Source: Bispira polyomma
Lineage: Eukaryota
NCBI GenBank assembly: GCA_965649765.1
Contig: OZ287748.1
Coordinates: forward strand, 29,512,001-29,576,000
Reading direction: 5' to 3'
Length of the DNA stretch: 64,000 bases
Below the pieces are notes generated by a model, which worked only from the letters and a program-made list of their open reading frames with translations, searched no databases and was not told where the DNA came from. This document shows, piece after piece, positions 1-14,300 of the stretch. The position numbers and the translations under genes are program-made. The stretch's first letter is position 1. Each line of letters begins with the position of its first letter.

Positions 1-54
1 CAGCAGGGTTTCCTCAGATACCGAATAATGCTCTATTTTGTTCTATAAAGATAC

Positions 55-248
55 CCTCATCAGTAAGTTCAATTATCCAGCCCATTAGAGAACCAATTTC
101 TGAAAGTGTATTACTTAAAAACTGTTATATTAACACACACTCATCACTAAGTTAAATTATCCAGCCCATTACAGCACCATACTAAGAAAGTGTATCACTC
201 AAAGACCGTTATAGTAACACACCCTTATCACTAATTTCAATTATCCAG
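55..248. repeat. Degenerate ~85-bp tandem repeat
   Basis: An atcactaagttcaattatccag-like block recurs near 59, 143 and 227. Confidence 0.75.
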
Positions 249-1539
249 GCAGTGACTTTTATTGTCATGCAGAGCTAATTCATTGTTTGAAGTTTTTCAA
301 ACAGTGTCGGTCCAAATGCACTCGAGACTACACAGCTTAATTGAGCCCACTTCACACTATTGATTCACTCACCCAGTCTCACACTTCTTTTGGTGAATTT
401 AAAAATTCTGGCACTATAATTTTGGCATTATATTTGGCATTATAATTCTAACACTATATTTTGGCACTAATCGGGCCCTTATAGTAGTGTTAAATGTTTA
501 TAAGACCAGTGCAAAGGCGGATCCAGGGGTTTCGGTAAAGGCGGGAGATTCTACTTCCAGAATATATTGTGAACACAAACGTTAAATATTAGTTGTTAAA
601 AAAAAATAAATTTTAAAAAATTAGGAACACTACCCAGCAACCCACAAGTTGTATTTACATTGTAGCAATACTTTGGGATGATGACATTTAGCAAGCTACC
701 AAGAAAGTAATATTGACACTCTTTGCCCCCCTTCACTATTTTATCGAAGCCCATCCATAACATTCTCTTGGGATTTAATTCTACAACAGAAATTGACAGG
801 GCATTTGTTTTGTACAGAAAGGTCTGTTAAAGTATAAAAGCTTCTTCCTTGATATAAAAACGCGAGCAATCCATCAAGCCAACCTGCAATTTTTAAAAAC
901 ACAAAGTAAGAATAAGTTATGAAGCTTTCCTGATGGGTCCGAGGAGAGGGGGGGGGGGGGTCCAAGGGGTCTGGATCGTTTTGGAGCTGCAGCAAACATG
1001 TGTCTAAGAACTAAATGTTAAAAAAGCTAGTGCCACCTTTAATTGACGTCTTATTGTATTAAGTTAGCAGGAGCTACATTTTTTAATACCCACCCAGTTG
1101 GTACTTATAATTATGTTCTTGTTTTAGAGTTAGACCACCAGCAGACCCACTAAATACCAGTCATCATCAGCTAGATACTGGATATACAGCTACGGCTTAC
1201 TTCTATATTGTGAAAACTGTTTGTTAGGACCCTTAAGTTGTGAAGGTCTAAGTAAGGGACTTTAATTCCTTACCTCGAAAGGCCATAGGTTTGAGCTAGG
1301 TAAAGATATTTTAGTGTTCCCCCTCGAATTATCTAAAGCTAATACACCAACAGCTAAAGTTGGTATGTGGTAGTTTGTATTGTATTTGTATTTCTAATGT
1401 GCCTTATTGATGCGAGGCATCTTCTAAAGTACAACAGCAGAATCAGTAAACCAATTGGGAAGTTCAAAAACATAGTATAACATAAAAATAATGTGGGTGT
1501 GTATGGGGAGGGACCTAAGGGGGTAAGCAAGTTTGAAGA

Positions 1540-1950
1540 GATAGGTTTTAGGTTTTCTTTTAAACCCAGGAGGTGTTTCTGGTGATCGGGAACTCAACCT
1601 GAAGACTATTTCATAACATAGCAGAAAGGAATTGAGAAAGCTCTACATACAGCCCTTTTGGTGGGTTTATCAGAGGAAACAGAAAGTCTCTTGAGGTTCA
1701 TGAAGTAAAGGCAAGTGGCAAGATAGGTGGGCTGTTGGGAGACAACATCTTTGAAAGTGCTGACATTTTAAACAAAACTTAATAATTATGAATTGGAAGC
1801 CAATGTAAATGGCTTGAAGTATTGCGAGATATCCGTACAGATGCCCAGACGAAAAATGACTAGTTAATATTAAAACTTGAATACTTTCAAATTCTAATTT
1901 TAGGGCTCCCTTATATTTAAAGTAATAGGGAAGAAGGGATAGACTCATTT
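1540..1950 (-). mobile_element. L2/CR1-group LINE 3' fragment
   Basis: Minus-strand ttacattggcttccaattcat encodes LHWLPIH. Confidence 0.55.
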
Positions 1951-1975
1951 AAACTTGGACTCTTCATATACTTAC

Positions 1976-2092
1976 TGCAGTTTTGTTCATCACTACCATC
2001 AAAACAGTCGTCCCTGCCGTCACACAGGTAAGCAGAGTTGATACAATTCTGATTATCACATTTCCACTCTGAACTAAAACATGCTCTTCTGT
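1976..2092 (-). CDS. LDLa repeat exon 4 (different frame from the ORF-track call); gene continues beyond the left edge
   Basis: atttccag| ... |gtaagt, 117 nt, phase 1-1. Translates [39 protein letters not shown]. Confidence 0.92.
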
Positions 2093-4172
2093 CTGGAAAT
2101 TATAACACCAACAAAATCTTAGCTTTGGATAAAAAGAAAACACAGTTACTGATGTCACTGTATGCTATAAAGTTTACAAGGGATACCTCCGTCCTTTGAT
2201 TACAAAATGGATTACATTGCTACAGTGCTAGAACATGGTGTTATTGGTCGTCAATAGAAGCCCATTGTTGTGTGTTCAAAAGGATGTTGTCTTCTAGTGC
2301 CAACTATACTGTAGCTTTAGTGGAAGTTGAGACCAGGACCCTTTCTTTCAGCAGACACAACTCCCTAACCACAAGGCAACTGGAGAATGCTAGAGTATTC
2401 AGACAAGAACAGGACACCTTGTGGTACTTGTATTGTGCTTCTTATGACAAATGAGGAGCAGAAATCCCCTGGCGTGATAACTACAGAAAAGCCCTTGCAG
2501 GAAGGGCCTAAAATCTAGCCTTTCTTATGCGCATCCAAAAAACCCTGAGATATGCCAGCAAAAATCTACAATTATATTTCTATTTCAAAGTTCTATAGCG
2601 GCTATGCAACTGATACTTGCCTACCATATTTTTATATAATAATCCTGATACTATCGTTGTGTTACGTAGTATCAACAGTCGTCTATTTTTGCCGGTCACG
2701 TAAGAATACATTGTAGTTCAACCCACGTGCTTTTATTTTTAATAAAAATAATATGACGGAAAATAACAGCCTAGATTTCAATGTTGGGACATCTATTTCA
2801 TATCTTTAATGTTTTATTATTTTTAGTTTTGAATTAAATAAAAAAAAAATGATTAAAATAAATGTATTTTACTCAATGGTCGTATAATTAATTTTGCCAT
2901 ATAAAGCCACATTGCCGAAAAAATTGATAACTCATGAACTACCAAATCTATAAATTTCGTTGACATATGGTCAGAAAGCTTGTTTCATTGCAGGTATTGT
3001 CCTTTTTGTTACATCAAAATTCATTGATCAAAATCCATGTGCTCATATAAGGCATTTAATTGCTAAAAAATATATATATACGTACATTTAATATATTTCT
3101 TTAAACAGATGTGTTTTTTTTTATTATAAGTTATTTTGTAAACTGGAAAATGAGGTTAATTATTATTACATCCCTCATTTGGAAGATGTTTTGCTGTGCT
3201 GAGTAAAAAATTGGCGTAGGTAATTTCATTTACATTAAAAAACTATATTTGTGTCTTATTTTTTAAAATAAATGGTTGCAACTTGTGAAAAAAATCAATA
3301 ATAAAGAACAATATGTCCTTATTTTTAGAAAGTTAGCATAAAAGCCTGGGTTTGATGAATTTAAGCATCACCGTCGATAACCAGTGACTGTTTTGATATT
3401 CAGAAACGAATTGCACTCTTTAATAAAATGCGTTTAAAATGGGTTGATAAATGGAAATATTCTGTGATTTTTATGTTTTAATAAAGAAAACAATATTTCT
3501 TTTAATCTGTTACTATATTTAGATACTGACAGAGGATGAATATTCATAAAATTTCGGTAAATTGCCTTACACCGTCGGAAACCGGTAACACAAGGATATG
3601 TGTAAAACCTGACTTCATTTTTATTTTATATTAAAAGTAGGACCAGATGTGCAACAGTCCAATGGTCAAAAACAAGTTAAATACTGGTAAATGAAATGCC
3701 CAAAAGAGTTTAAAAAATTAAAATAGAACAAAACTGAAATAGCTCTGGACAGGGCTTGTCCAAAGTTTGTTGTTTGACCAAACCTACAAAAACTATTCCC
3801 CAAATGATTGTATCTGACCCAAAAAGTGTACAATGTAAACTAATATTATAAATCTTCAATATTAAGTGATGAATTGAGCCTCAGTGAAGGTTACTATCTT
3901 TACAGTAGATGGTCAATTTGTTGGCCTTTATAAGACATAGAATCCCCTGTCACTATTAACATCCTCTCATATATCAACATTAAATGACTCATTTGACGAA
4001 AAGCTTTGCTTGGAAATAAGATTGTTGAAATTTGGTGTCACTTTTCAGGATCAGGGCACCATTATTTATGTAATATTTCTTTTTTTGTAATCTTAGTATT
4101 AATTGAAGCTTTCTGGTATTTGTAAAGCTTGACTTTGATATAATATGCAACCACATTTTGGTGAAAGTCATG

Positions 4173-4500
4173 TGTCACTGTGGCCTAGTGGTATACCACT
4201 CATTTTGGAATACTGAGGACCGGGGTTTGATCCCAGCCTGGGGAAACCAAGTACAGCCCGATACATAGTGGCTCAGCTGACTACTTAAAATTAGGGTCAT
4301 CCTCCAGTTTTGGTAAAATGCATGTGCCACTATGGTAACATACTCATTCTTGAATACAGAGGACCAGGGTTTGATCCCAGCCTGAGGAAACAAGCTACAG
4401 GCAGATACATAGTGGCCAAGATGACTACTACTAATTGTGGTGTCACCAGTGGCAGGTTAAAGAACCTTAAGAATGTTGATAAATGGTCATCCTCAAGCTT
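4173..4500 (+). mobile_element. tRNA-derived SINE with a duplicated head
   Basis: Two tandem heads (~4173 and ~4325), each with ggtttgatcccagcctg. Confidence 0.7.
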
Positions 4501-4734
4501 ATTCTCAATGCAATGATAATGTCTCCATTGGCAAAATATCAAATAATATTCTAAATAGAGCAAAGTCAACATTAAATTTTATCCCAACTTGTAGAATTTT
4601 TTTTTTTCAAATTTGAAAAATATAATTTTAGGTACTATATTTACAATAGATAATACTGAATTCATCAATCAGTCTACACATTTTTATTCAGTTCTAAAGC
4701 TGGACCTAAGCTATTTTATCCTCTTAATACTTAC

Positions 4735-4851
4735 GACAGGCTTTTTCGTCAGAATTGTCTTGACAATCATCACGGAAGTTACAGCGTAAGTAACTAGGGA
4801 TACAGTAGTGGTTGTCACACTTATAGTAGGTCGAGGGGCAGATATAGGTCT
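4735..4851 (-). CDS. LDLa repeat exon 3 (not in ORF track)
   Basis: gtgtttcag| ... |gtaagt, 117 nt, phase 1-1. Translates ETYICPSTYYKCDNHYCIPSYLRCNFRDDCQDNSDEKAC. Confidence 0.92.
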
Positions 4852-5587
4852 CTGAAACACATTCATACACATCTTATGTAAAAACCAGGTGGCACCATAT
4901 GCTGATGACTTCAGTGCAGATCTCTAAATATGTTTCATATGCTTTCTTAATTGGAGGTAAGAGTGACATATTTTAAAGCTTTGTCTAAATAAGCTGAGGA
5001 ATAGTTAAAAAGTCTTTATAAGCTTTCCAGAGGGATAAAAGTGTCTGGACAAGTTCTGGTTATTTTCATCTCTGTATTAGATGGAACAGAAAATGATACA
5101 AGGAAAGATGAGAATGTCAAATATTATGAAAAATGAAGCTTAAACTCAAATGTAATACACAGCAGTCGGCTGCCACTGGCTGATAAGATGCAAAATGAGG
5201 TTTCTGTTTTACTTTATTCTTCCCCAAACATATATAGGGTTGCACTGTACAAATGAAATTTCTTTATTTAATTTTTCCAAAAATTTTGAGCCAACTTTAG
5301 GGAATCTTGAGCCTAAACTAAAGTATTTTCAAAAAGCCAGTGAGGTTTATACATACACATAAATGATAGTATCAATTTATAATACTGTGATATGTATATA
5401 CCTATTTTTATTATTGCACAATTACCTTATTATCACACAAATAGTGCATGGCTTTGTAATTTATCATGGTCCTTGTTAAACGGCATGCCAGAGAAATGTA
5501 GAAATACCATTCAGTGACATTTTCTTTAAACATTGCAAATATAGCCCTGTATTTTAGTTATGTCGGATTTATAAGAGCAATGCTTAC

Positions 5588-5692
5588 CACAGTCCTCTTC
5601 ATCCCGTCCATTGTCACAGTCTTGGTGGAGGTTACACCGCAGGTTACTGTTGATACAGGTGCTGTTATCACACTGAAACTCACCAGGACAGC
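5588..5692 (-). CDS. LDLa repeat exon 2
   Basis: tcttacag| ... |gtaagc, 105 nt, phase 1-1. Translates GCPGEFQCDNSTCINSNLRCNLHQDCDNGRDEEDC. Confidence 0.92.
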
Positions 5693-6149
5693 CTGTAAGA
5701 GATATATAGTGTCCTGTATTAGGATATAAGGTAAAATACAAGTGATCAGCCTGTAAGAGATATATTGTACAATGAACTAAAGTGAAGTTTCATGATATCA
5801 TCAGCTTACACGATATAACATAGGGCCTTGTATCAATGGATAAAATAAAGTACAGGTGTTGTTATCAGCCTCTTAGAGATAACACAGTGTATTATAAAAA
5901 GAGAAAGAGATAAAGCAAAAGACAATTGGTGTCATCAGTTTACGGGGGATAACATAGTGTATTAAATGTTATCAGGAAAATATAATATCCTGTATTAAGA
6001 GATAAGGTAAAATATAGATGATGTTATCAGCCTGGAACAGATAATGGAATGTCCAGGCATCTCACATCCCCAATCATGATTCAAACAAACAATCCGGTAG
6101 AAGGAAAATGTTCATGATTAGAGTTTAGTCGTAATGAGCAGATGTATGT

Positions 6150-6600
6150 TGAAAAGCGAGTTGATACAAATAGGTTTCGCTGTTTTTAGAAAAGCCTGCA
6201 ATCTTTGTTTTTGTATGGATACTAGCAGGGGGACTATTCCATTTTAAAGGTGCTGCAACTTTAATCGATATTCAACCTGCTAGTTTATTTGGTAAAAAGT
6301 CACAGATGCAAAGACAATTTCCTCTGGTGAAATTGCTGTGAGAAAACATAGATGATAAGTAGGCTGGCTGATGCAGAGTCTTAAAAATGCATTTACTTTG
6401 AAGTTTATAAAGAACTCAATCAGTGGCCAGTGCAGTTCTTGAGATTGTTTTGAATTTTCTGCGGCTTGTTTATTTGTCCCAGTCCGATACCATACAGTTG
6501 TAAATTGCAGTAGTGGACTTGCTACAAGGGCATTTGACACTGCAACGAATCCTACAAAAGTCACGAGTGTTATAATAGCAGGATTGACATATGTTTGAAA
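6150..6600 (-). mobile_element. L2/CR1-group LINE 3' fragment
   Basis: ELHWPL...INFK resembles the LHWLP...RI.FK tail of L2-type ORF2. A related fragment lies at ~12780-13010. Confidence 0.6.
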
Positions 6601-7515
6601 CTGTTTCTTATCAAATGTTCCTCATAAAACCCAAGTAGGTAAACAAAATGAACATAAACATTCAACATATCTTATAAGAGAACAAGAACAAAAGATAACC
6701 GGGGATGAAGATATTAACATGGACTGTAATTATTCTGAGTAAAATAGACACGTAAATTAACAGATTAACTTTACCTCTAAATTCTGGTTTAGCACAATCG
6801 CAAAACCCCCATCATTAACCCTGATATATTTAGGTCACAAACCTTCATGGGAAACAAATGGTTGACAATGGTGATTTAAGGGGAGACAAATATTTGAACC
6901 CTGAAATATTTGTTAAAGTGTTACCATTTTTGTTTCTGACATTTTCATCCCTTGAGGCTCAGACTTACAAGTGTTAGGTCTTAGGGTGGGATAAATTGTC
7001 CTTACAGCGGTATTACTTTGACATGTGCAGATTATTGACATTTTAATGAATGAGCTAATCTTTATTTATAATGTAGTTAATAAATGTCGGATTAACTTTA
7101 TGTAATTTTAGTGTTGTTATCTAGTTTAAGTGGTATATTATTGTTATATATTGTTTTGATTTATATATTTTAATGCTAGTAAAATTGTAACAATACATTA
7201 AATTCTCCACATCTCCTCTCTATCTACATTAGTAACTACATTTAACTAAGGACGCCTTTATAACTTTGGTAACATTTTTATAATTGCTTGTGAGACTGGC
7301 AATATTCAACAGCCACACATTTTTATGTAAAGCTCTATAATTGCATGGTAGATTTTATAAACCCACAAGTGAGCAGCAAAATTAACACAGGAAAAATAGA
7401 TAAAGGTGAGATTTTTTGTTCTTAAAAAATCTGATGCCAATTATCACTTTTTAAAGTTAAAATTCCTGCTTGATATCAAATACATGTTATTTTGAAGAAA
7501 AACACCCCAAACAGA

Positions 7516-7760
7516 GGCTGTATTCTCGAAAGACCTCAAGCTCAACTTTGACTCAGCTAAATTTAAAGACTATATGTCTCTGGCTGGGGTGATAAAGTTA
7601 AGGCACTGCATATTTGAACTATCTTTACTGCGCTGAAAGCTCTATTTAAATGAATGCTCACGAGTATAGATTGCCTCCATATACAAGGATTTACACATAG
7701 CTTTCATTTGAGTTAATAAGTCTTTTTTTTTTAGCTTGAGTTATTTACCAGAATACAGCC
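7516..7760. mobile_element. MITE-like element
   Basis: Inverted ends ggctgtattct...ctcaagct and agcttgag...agaatacagcc. Confidence 0.6.
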
Positions 7761-8824
7761 ACTGAACGTCTCCCACATAGCTTTTATTTAAGTTGAATTT
7801 TTGCAACAACATACAACAATTGTCATTTACCTATCTAAGTACAATGGGACAATTTTGTGTTTAAGAATCTTGAGAGCAGAGAAATAACTAAATCTAAACT
7901 GAAATGAGGATTAAAGCCAAGATATCTGAAGCTATTCACTCTAACGTCAAGATCCCATATATATTGCAGTATGTATGACGGAGTACAAGAGACACTTGAT
8001 TACCTCCATTATTGTACTTCCCTTCAATGATCACGTGATCATAAAACACATCTCCGTTTTTGTGTGTCTATTAATAATAAACAAATGTAAAACATGGCTT
8101 GAAAACGGTCCTTTTTGTGAATAATCAATCCAATTTCAGTAACAAATGACAAATTTTAATGTGAATGATGTGTAAAGCTGTGTAACGCTTTTAATTGGGA
8201 CAAACACCCAACAGTGTGTCTTTTGTCATGGATTTAACTTGGAGTTCACATTTCATGCAGAGAAAACTTACAGCTAAAAGCATTATCATTACCAATATTG
8301 TAATTCCCTAAAGACATTTTCTATCTTAATGACTTTGCTGATTTGTGCTGAATAGTCACCTTCAAGGCACTAATTATTGACAGGCTATTCAGTTACTGAA
8401 TAAGACTTTTATGACATTTTTATATCTATCTATATTAGAACTATAGAAAGTACTATATGAATCTTTGTGTCTTGTTTAATATTACTTTTGTCTCAAATAT
8501 GATGTTCAGTGTGTTACAAGTTTCGAGAGAATTAATTAAATCTGGTGTTTCGTGATTTTTTTAGTCTACAGTAAATGTTTGCTGCTGCAAATTCCAATAT
8601 TTGTATGTGTCATTAAAAGTAAAATTTATTATCTTCTAGCTTCTCTTTTGGTCCCCTCTGTGACTCAGGATAATTAAATTAAAGCTTAAGGATGACCATT
8701 ATCAATGTCCCCAGAGCTCTTTAGCCTGCCACAGGGAATAGGACCCAGTGATAGAGGACCACCATTTTAAGTGGTCACCCAATGCTACGTGTTTGCATCT
8801 TGCCAAAGCATGTTAAAACACCAG

Positions 8825-10575
8825 TGAAACTAGTTGCCGATACCTTGGGTCAAACCCAGTACTTTCAGATTACTAGAGCAACTCCCTAAGCACTAGGCCA
8901 TGGCGGACTACAAAGTTAGCAGAAGCCAGACCTTACTGAAACCATTGAGTCCAAACAGTTTTTGGTGTTTCTATAATCCAAATTTCCAACCATTCGGCTG
9001 AATACCTCAGTGTGTGTCCACTGAAACTTTCCTCCGCCACACCCAAGCCAAATTGTTAAAAAAACACCTTTTTTGTTTTCTACATTCATATTGTGAATGG
9101 TGGAAAGATATCATTCTAAATCCATGCACATAATGGCAGATGGGTTTGAAAAATATGCCATTCGTTACATGGCTCTTACTAAACTTACACTTGTTTTTGT
9201 TGTAGTGAGAACTTGGTATTGTTCTGATAGCGTTGTTTGTAGTCTGGCTTGGTTTTTTTATTGTTATACGGTGCATGAGAAGCTGGGACATATTAAACAT
9301 GATGCTGTGCATTTACACGACAGACCCATTCTATTTTTTATTAATGTCATATCGCACCATATATTTCCACTTGCTCCATTTAGCATAAGAACAAAGCTTG
9401 GCTGGCCTTTGCTTCCTATCAAGAAAAGTCATTGGCATCATCCATCAAAGATACAACCTAATCTAACATATATCCCCTAAGCTTCCCTAAATTTTGCTCT
9501 TTATGTATCATGCGGCAGAAGTCAGCCAGCCACCTACTGTGTTACGTTTAACCAGTTGTATTTTATACTTCCTTTCCCCAGCTAATACAAATTTATATGG
9601 CCAAATGACTCGCTGCTTAACATCAATATTACTCCATGTTGTGATCTAATTTGTTCACTACCTGTCTTCCCAATATCAAGTGGAGGGAGTGACACATTGT
9701 CATGTGCGGTGTCCATCGTAGTGTGAACACAGCCACTAGTTGACGAATTCTCACTATGTTATCTTTATGGGTTTTTAAAAATGTTTTACTTGCTAGTTTG
9801 GCTTTAGCTTTCTTAGAGTTTTTTTTTCTATTTTCAATGGCATCTAGCCTGTTACATGTGTTCAAGAAATTGTTTATTGAGATATGCTTGCGTATCAGCT
9901 ATACTAGTAGTAACAGTTTTCCAAAGGATATGATCCCACCAATGAAACTAATTGTTGGTACCTGGAGTTGAACCATGGACCTTCAGATTACCAGACAAAC
10001 TCCTTAAACACTAGGCCAACGGGACCACAAAGTTAGCAGTAGCCAGGACTAATCAGATACCTTGGTGTGCGTCCAGTGGAACTTTCTTCCGCCACACCCA
10101 AGCCTAATCGTTTAAAAAATTTTTTTAGCTTTGTTCCTACATTCATTTTCTGGATGGTGGAAAGATATATTTCTAAATCCATGCACATAGTTGCAAATGT
10201 GTTTGAAAAATATGCCATCCGTTACATGGCTCTTACTAAACTTCCACTTGTTTTATTTGTAGTGAGAACATGCTATTGTTCTGGTAACCTTGCTTGTAGT
10301 CTGGCTTGGTTTTTTATTGTTATACGCTGCATGAGAAGTTGGGACATATTAAACCATGACGTCGTGCATTTGCATGACAGACCCGTTCTATTTTGTCTAT
10401 CAATGTCTAATCTAATCTAATCTAGTCGTACTTTTATAGCGCTTAATCTTTGTACAACAAATTCTAAGGCGCAACAAACCCAAAACGTTAATCGCAAATC
10501 AAAAATAGTGGTCATATTCCCACCATGTATTTACCCTTGCTCCATTAGGCATAAGAACACAGCTTGCCTGGCCAA
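8825..10575. repeat. Degenerate direct duplication, ~8825-9420 vs ~9945-10575
   Basis: Shared blocks such as aactttcYtccgccacacccaagcc and gaaaaatatgccatYcgttacatggctcttactaaactt. This explains the similar ORFs at 9097 and 10067. Confidence 0.88.
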
Positions 10576-10907
10576 GGTACCCATTTATACAACTGGGTAA
10601 AGAGGGACAACTTTGTGTAAAACACCTTTGTGTAAAGCACCTTGTCCAAAGGTACAATCTCCAAGCCTGAAGCGAGGATTGAACCTAGGCTTTTAAAATC
10701 GCAAATCAAAAATAGTGGTCATATTCCCACCATGTATTTACCCTTGCTCCATTAGGCATAAGAACACAGCTTGCCTGGCCAAGGTACCCATTTATACAAC
10801 TGGGTAAAGAGGGACAACTTTGTGTAAAACACCTTTGTGTAAAGCACCTTGTCCAAAGGTACAATCTCCAAGCCTGAAGCGAGGATTGAACCTAGGCTTT
10901 TAAAATC
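10490..10907. repeat. Perfect 207-bp tandem duplication overlapping a SINE
   Basis: Units start at 10490 and 10697, with AATC microhomology at all three junctions. Confidence 0.92.
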
Positions 10908-13699
10908 TCTGAGATCCAAATTCCGACACTTTAACCACTAGACCACAGCGACAAATAAGTTGGCGTCTTCTAACAACTGCAGTTGTCTGGGGATTTCCAT
11001 TCATTGACGAAAACCAAAAAGAACTAAGAAATGGTTTTGTAAAGAGACTTTCCTCACCAGACATTTACTGATACCTACGAAATGCTTGTGTTAAAGAGAC
11101 TTTCCCGGACAGAAATTACTTGTTCACTTAACTCTTATCTTGCTCTACTTCACCATTATATTCAGTAAAAGTATTCTTATTTTTTCATTATTATTGTTAG
11201 CAAATGTAATCTATTCTTATTTAATTATATTTTTAATACTTGTGTTATAAGGTATAGGTATATTCGAGATTTAAAAAAAAAATTATAGACAACTAAGAAT
11301 TACTTTTGTAACGAGACATTAACAGAAAATTTAAAGGTAACCCCATATTTTATTTGCAATAGATAAATTGCACCAATATGTTGCAGAGTATATAAATTAT
11401 TTCTACTCAGCCTAAGTGATTGTGATGTGCAAAAACAAGGAATGAAAACATTACAAAAATGTTGGTGTTAGGGAAAAAGTTAATATAATGTGGACGTTAA
11501 AAAGACATTTGAAGCAATAAAACTAGACAGACGGGATGAACAGAATTTGAATAAATTGGTAATTATCCAGAACACAAAAAGATAATTTTTACTAAAATAC
11601 CCATCTACGAGGGTGAATGAACACAAAAACCCTGAAAGTATGAAAAACACTGCAGATTAGAGTGAATCAACACTAAAGGTAACAAATCAAATCACATGGT
11701 ATTCAGACCAAACTAAATAACTGATTGTCTATACAAACTTTGGGGTAACAGCTCCACCAGAAAGTCGTGAAAAAAAGAGAAAATCCCACCAGCCACACAC
11801 AATCTCTCATATTACCTTCAACAAGGCATGATATTGGAAAGCCAAAGAGCTCACTTTAGGCAGTATTTTGTTAGAACTGGTTTACTTATTTTAGCTTTTA
11901 AAGCTGACAAGTTTGTAAAGTGGCTTTGATGGTCTCATGGGAAAAAAATACATATATTTAAAAGACGGAGTGTATCTTATGACAACCATTTTGCTTATAT
12001 AAATGTTTGAATTTTTAAATTAGTATATTTGTTAAGGCTAATCTAATAATGATATATGTCTGCCAAAAGTTATGTATTGATAATTTGTCTACCTGTGAGA
12101 CTGTTTTTATGTATTCCACAGCTATTTTTGCATTTAGAGCGATTACCAGTTTGAATAGTAGCCATACAGAATATACATGTTAAAAATAGGCGGTTAACTA
12201 TTAAGTCTGTAAATTCCTTGTTGCACTATTCCACCACTAAATGTACATTTTTCTTACTAATCTGATTAACCTAATGAACCTATACTATTTATACAACCTC
12301 AGCAACAGTTGGAAACACATTTAATTGATGTTGGGCTATAACTGTAAAACCAGGATTTGTTGAGAACAATTTCCATTTTGCCTTACCGACAAAGTGCAAT
12401 TTGGCATCAGTTTTACTTAACCAGATTAGTTTTTGCAATTGGTGTATATGTTACAGTCAATCTGTGAAAGCAGTCTTTATGTGTAATGACTAAAACTTTC
12501 AGTTATGTCATGTAATTTCCACTAGTCATTACGTATAATTACTAAAATTTTCAGTAATTTCAAAATATATGTGTGCATGTGTCATATTATAACACATTAG
12601 TATATACATATAGACACTGTATTGTACAATAATGTAAATGTTATTACTTTAATGGGGCCACAATCAATGACTAGGCATCCTCATCCGAATCATTATGCAT
12701 AAGAATAGTCCTATAGGGGAAAAGGCTCGTGATCAGAGTTCAGTCGTGACCAGCAGATGAAGTTGAGGCAAAAAAGTGAGTTGTTACAAATGTGTTTTGA
12801 GCTTTTTCCTGAAGCCTGTAATCCTTGTCTCAGTGCAAAGAGTAGTAGGGAGACTATTCCACTCAGTAGGAGTTGCAACTTTGAATGTTTTTGAACCAGC
12901 CAGATTTTGGGGTAAGAAGCAAGAGGTAGAGAGACGATTTCATCTAGTGAGATTGCTAAGAAATAACGTAATTGATAAGTAGGTTGGCTGTTCTACATGG
13001 ACTGTCTTAAAATGAGCATATTTCATAGCATGGACTACAGCCCATCTCATTGAAATACTGTAAAATTGGAAATCTCAGACAAAAAAATCTTAAAAAAATT
13101 CGCCAACTGGAATATATTTTCCTTATCAGTTATTCTTTGATAAAATTTAATGATTTAATGATGTTATGGTGAACATTTTCCCTGATACAGTATTTTTTTA
13201 AATATTTCCTGAAAGAAAATCGTAAAAGGAAAGCTAGCTAAGGCTCTTACCACTTCACTAGTTCAGTTCATAGCTGTATTTTTCAGTTGTCTTGGGAAAA
13301 AAATTCGCACTTTATATGTATTTTATTCATATTTTTTAATCGATGATGGAGCAATTGTAGTTTCAATGTGCTGCTCGCACCCTATTGTAAGTTTATATCT
13401 GCTTATACAAGGACAGTAGTGAAATGTGTATCCCATATATTATCTTCACAAAAAGCAGTTTAACCTATGAAATGGCTCAATATGAAAAGACCAGGCTCCC
13501 ATAAAACAACAAAAACAGAGGTAATCAAACAATTTGCACTCATTAAAACATACCAACAGATGTGGGCTGCCAGTGCCATTCTTGTTATTTTATTGTAGTT
13601 CATACAATAAGAGCAAACTTGAATCTTTTGTCTGTCTTACATTTGGTAAAACATGCACCCTGGAGTTCTTTGTTTCCTTGAAATTCTTTCCTTTGTTAT

Positions 13700-14300
13700 A
13701 AACCTGGCAGTAGCTATCAATAAATTATTTTTTTATGATAATCACAGATACAGCATTTTGAAAATGAGGAAAATTTAATAAGCAAGTAAAATAAAAACAT
13801 ATCTAAGAGATCCCATTGAACAGCAATAAAGAAATACTCCAATATACACTCTATCCAAGAAAGTCTTACTCCCGACAAAATGACAGATAAATGGAGGTTG
13901 AAGTAATCGACACAAAAGATCAAGGTCTAACTTGGAAGCAGAAATGAAAATAAACTCTGACGTTCTGTCAACATCATTTCTCATCTCCATTAGTCTCAAC
14001 TGGTTCGATTTTGTTGTGTTATTTTCCAATAGCTGGTCATATTTACTCCAGTATAGTTACCCATTTAGGAGATGGGTAGAAATAAAAATTCAAAATGTTT
14101 GTATCCGACCATTTCTTTTGCTTTTAACCTGTATCATAACAGGTTAATTGTATTTCTCAGGAAAACCAAGTGCTTAATCTCCGTGATAGCAGATTCTAAG
14201 GCTCGCCATCTAATTGAGACAACATATTTCGATATTATAAACCAGAATAACTGTCAACATCAAGAGGACATGGTAGGAAGGCGTTGCCAAAGAAAGTTTT
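13700..14300 (-). mobile_element. Possible highly decayed Penelope-like RT fragment
   Basis: SASKLDLDL and Y.GVF...LRY loosely resemble Penelope-like RT C-terminal motifs; very degenerate. Confidence 0.3.

Noticed and set aside
2480-3760. Possible DNA transposon remnant
   Set aside because: It looks repeat-like, but the terminal inverted repeats and target duplication could not be matched convincingly.
9007-10420. Paralogous ORFs of 127 and 117 aa as a gene pair
   Set aside because: The similarity comes from a DNA duplication with frame-breaking indels, and no domain or splice structure was recognised.
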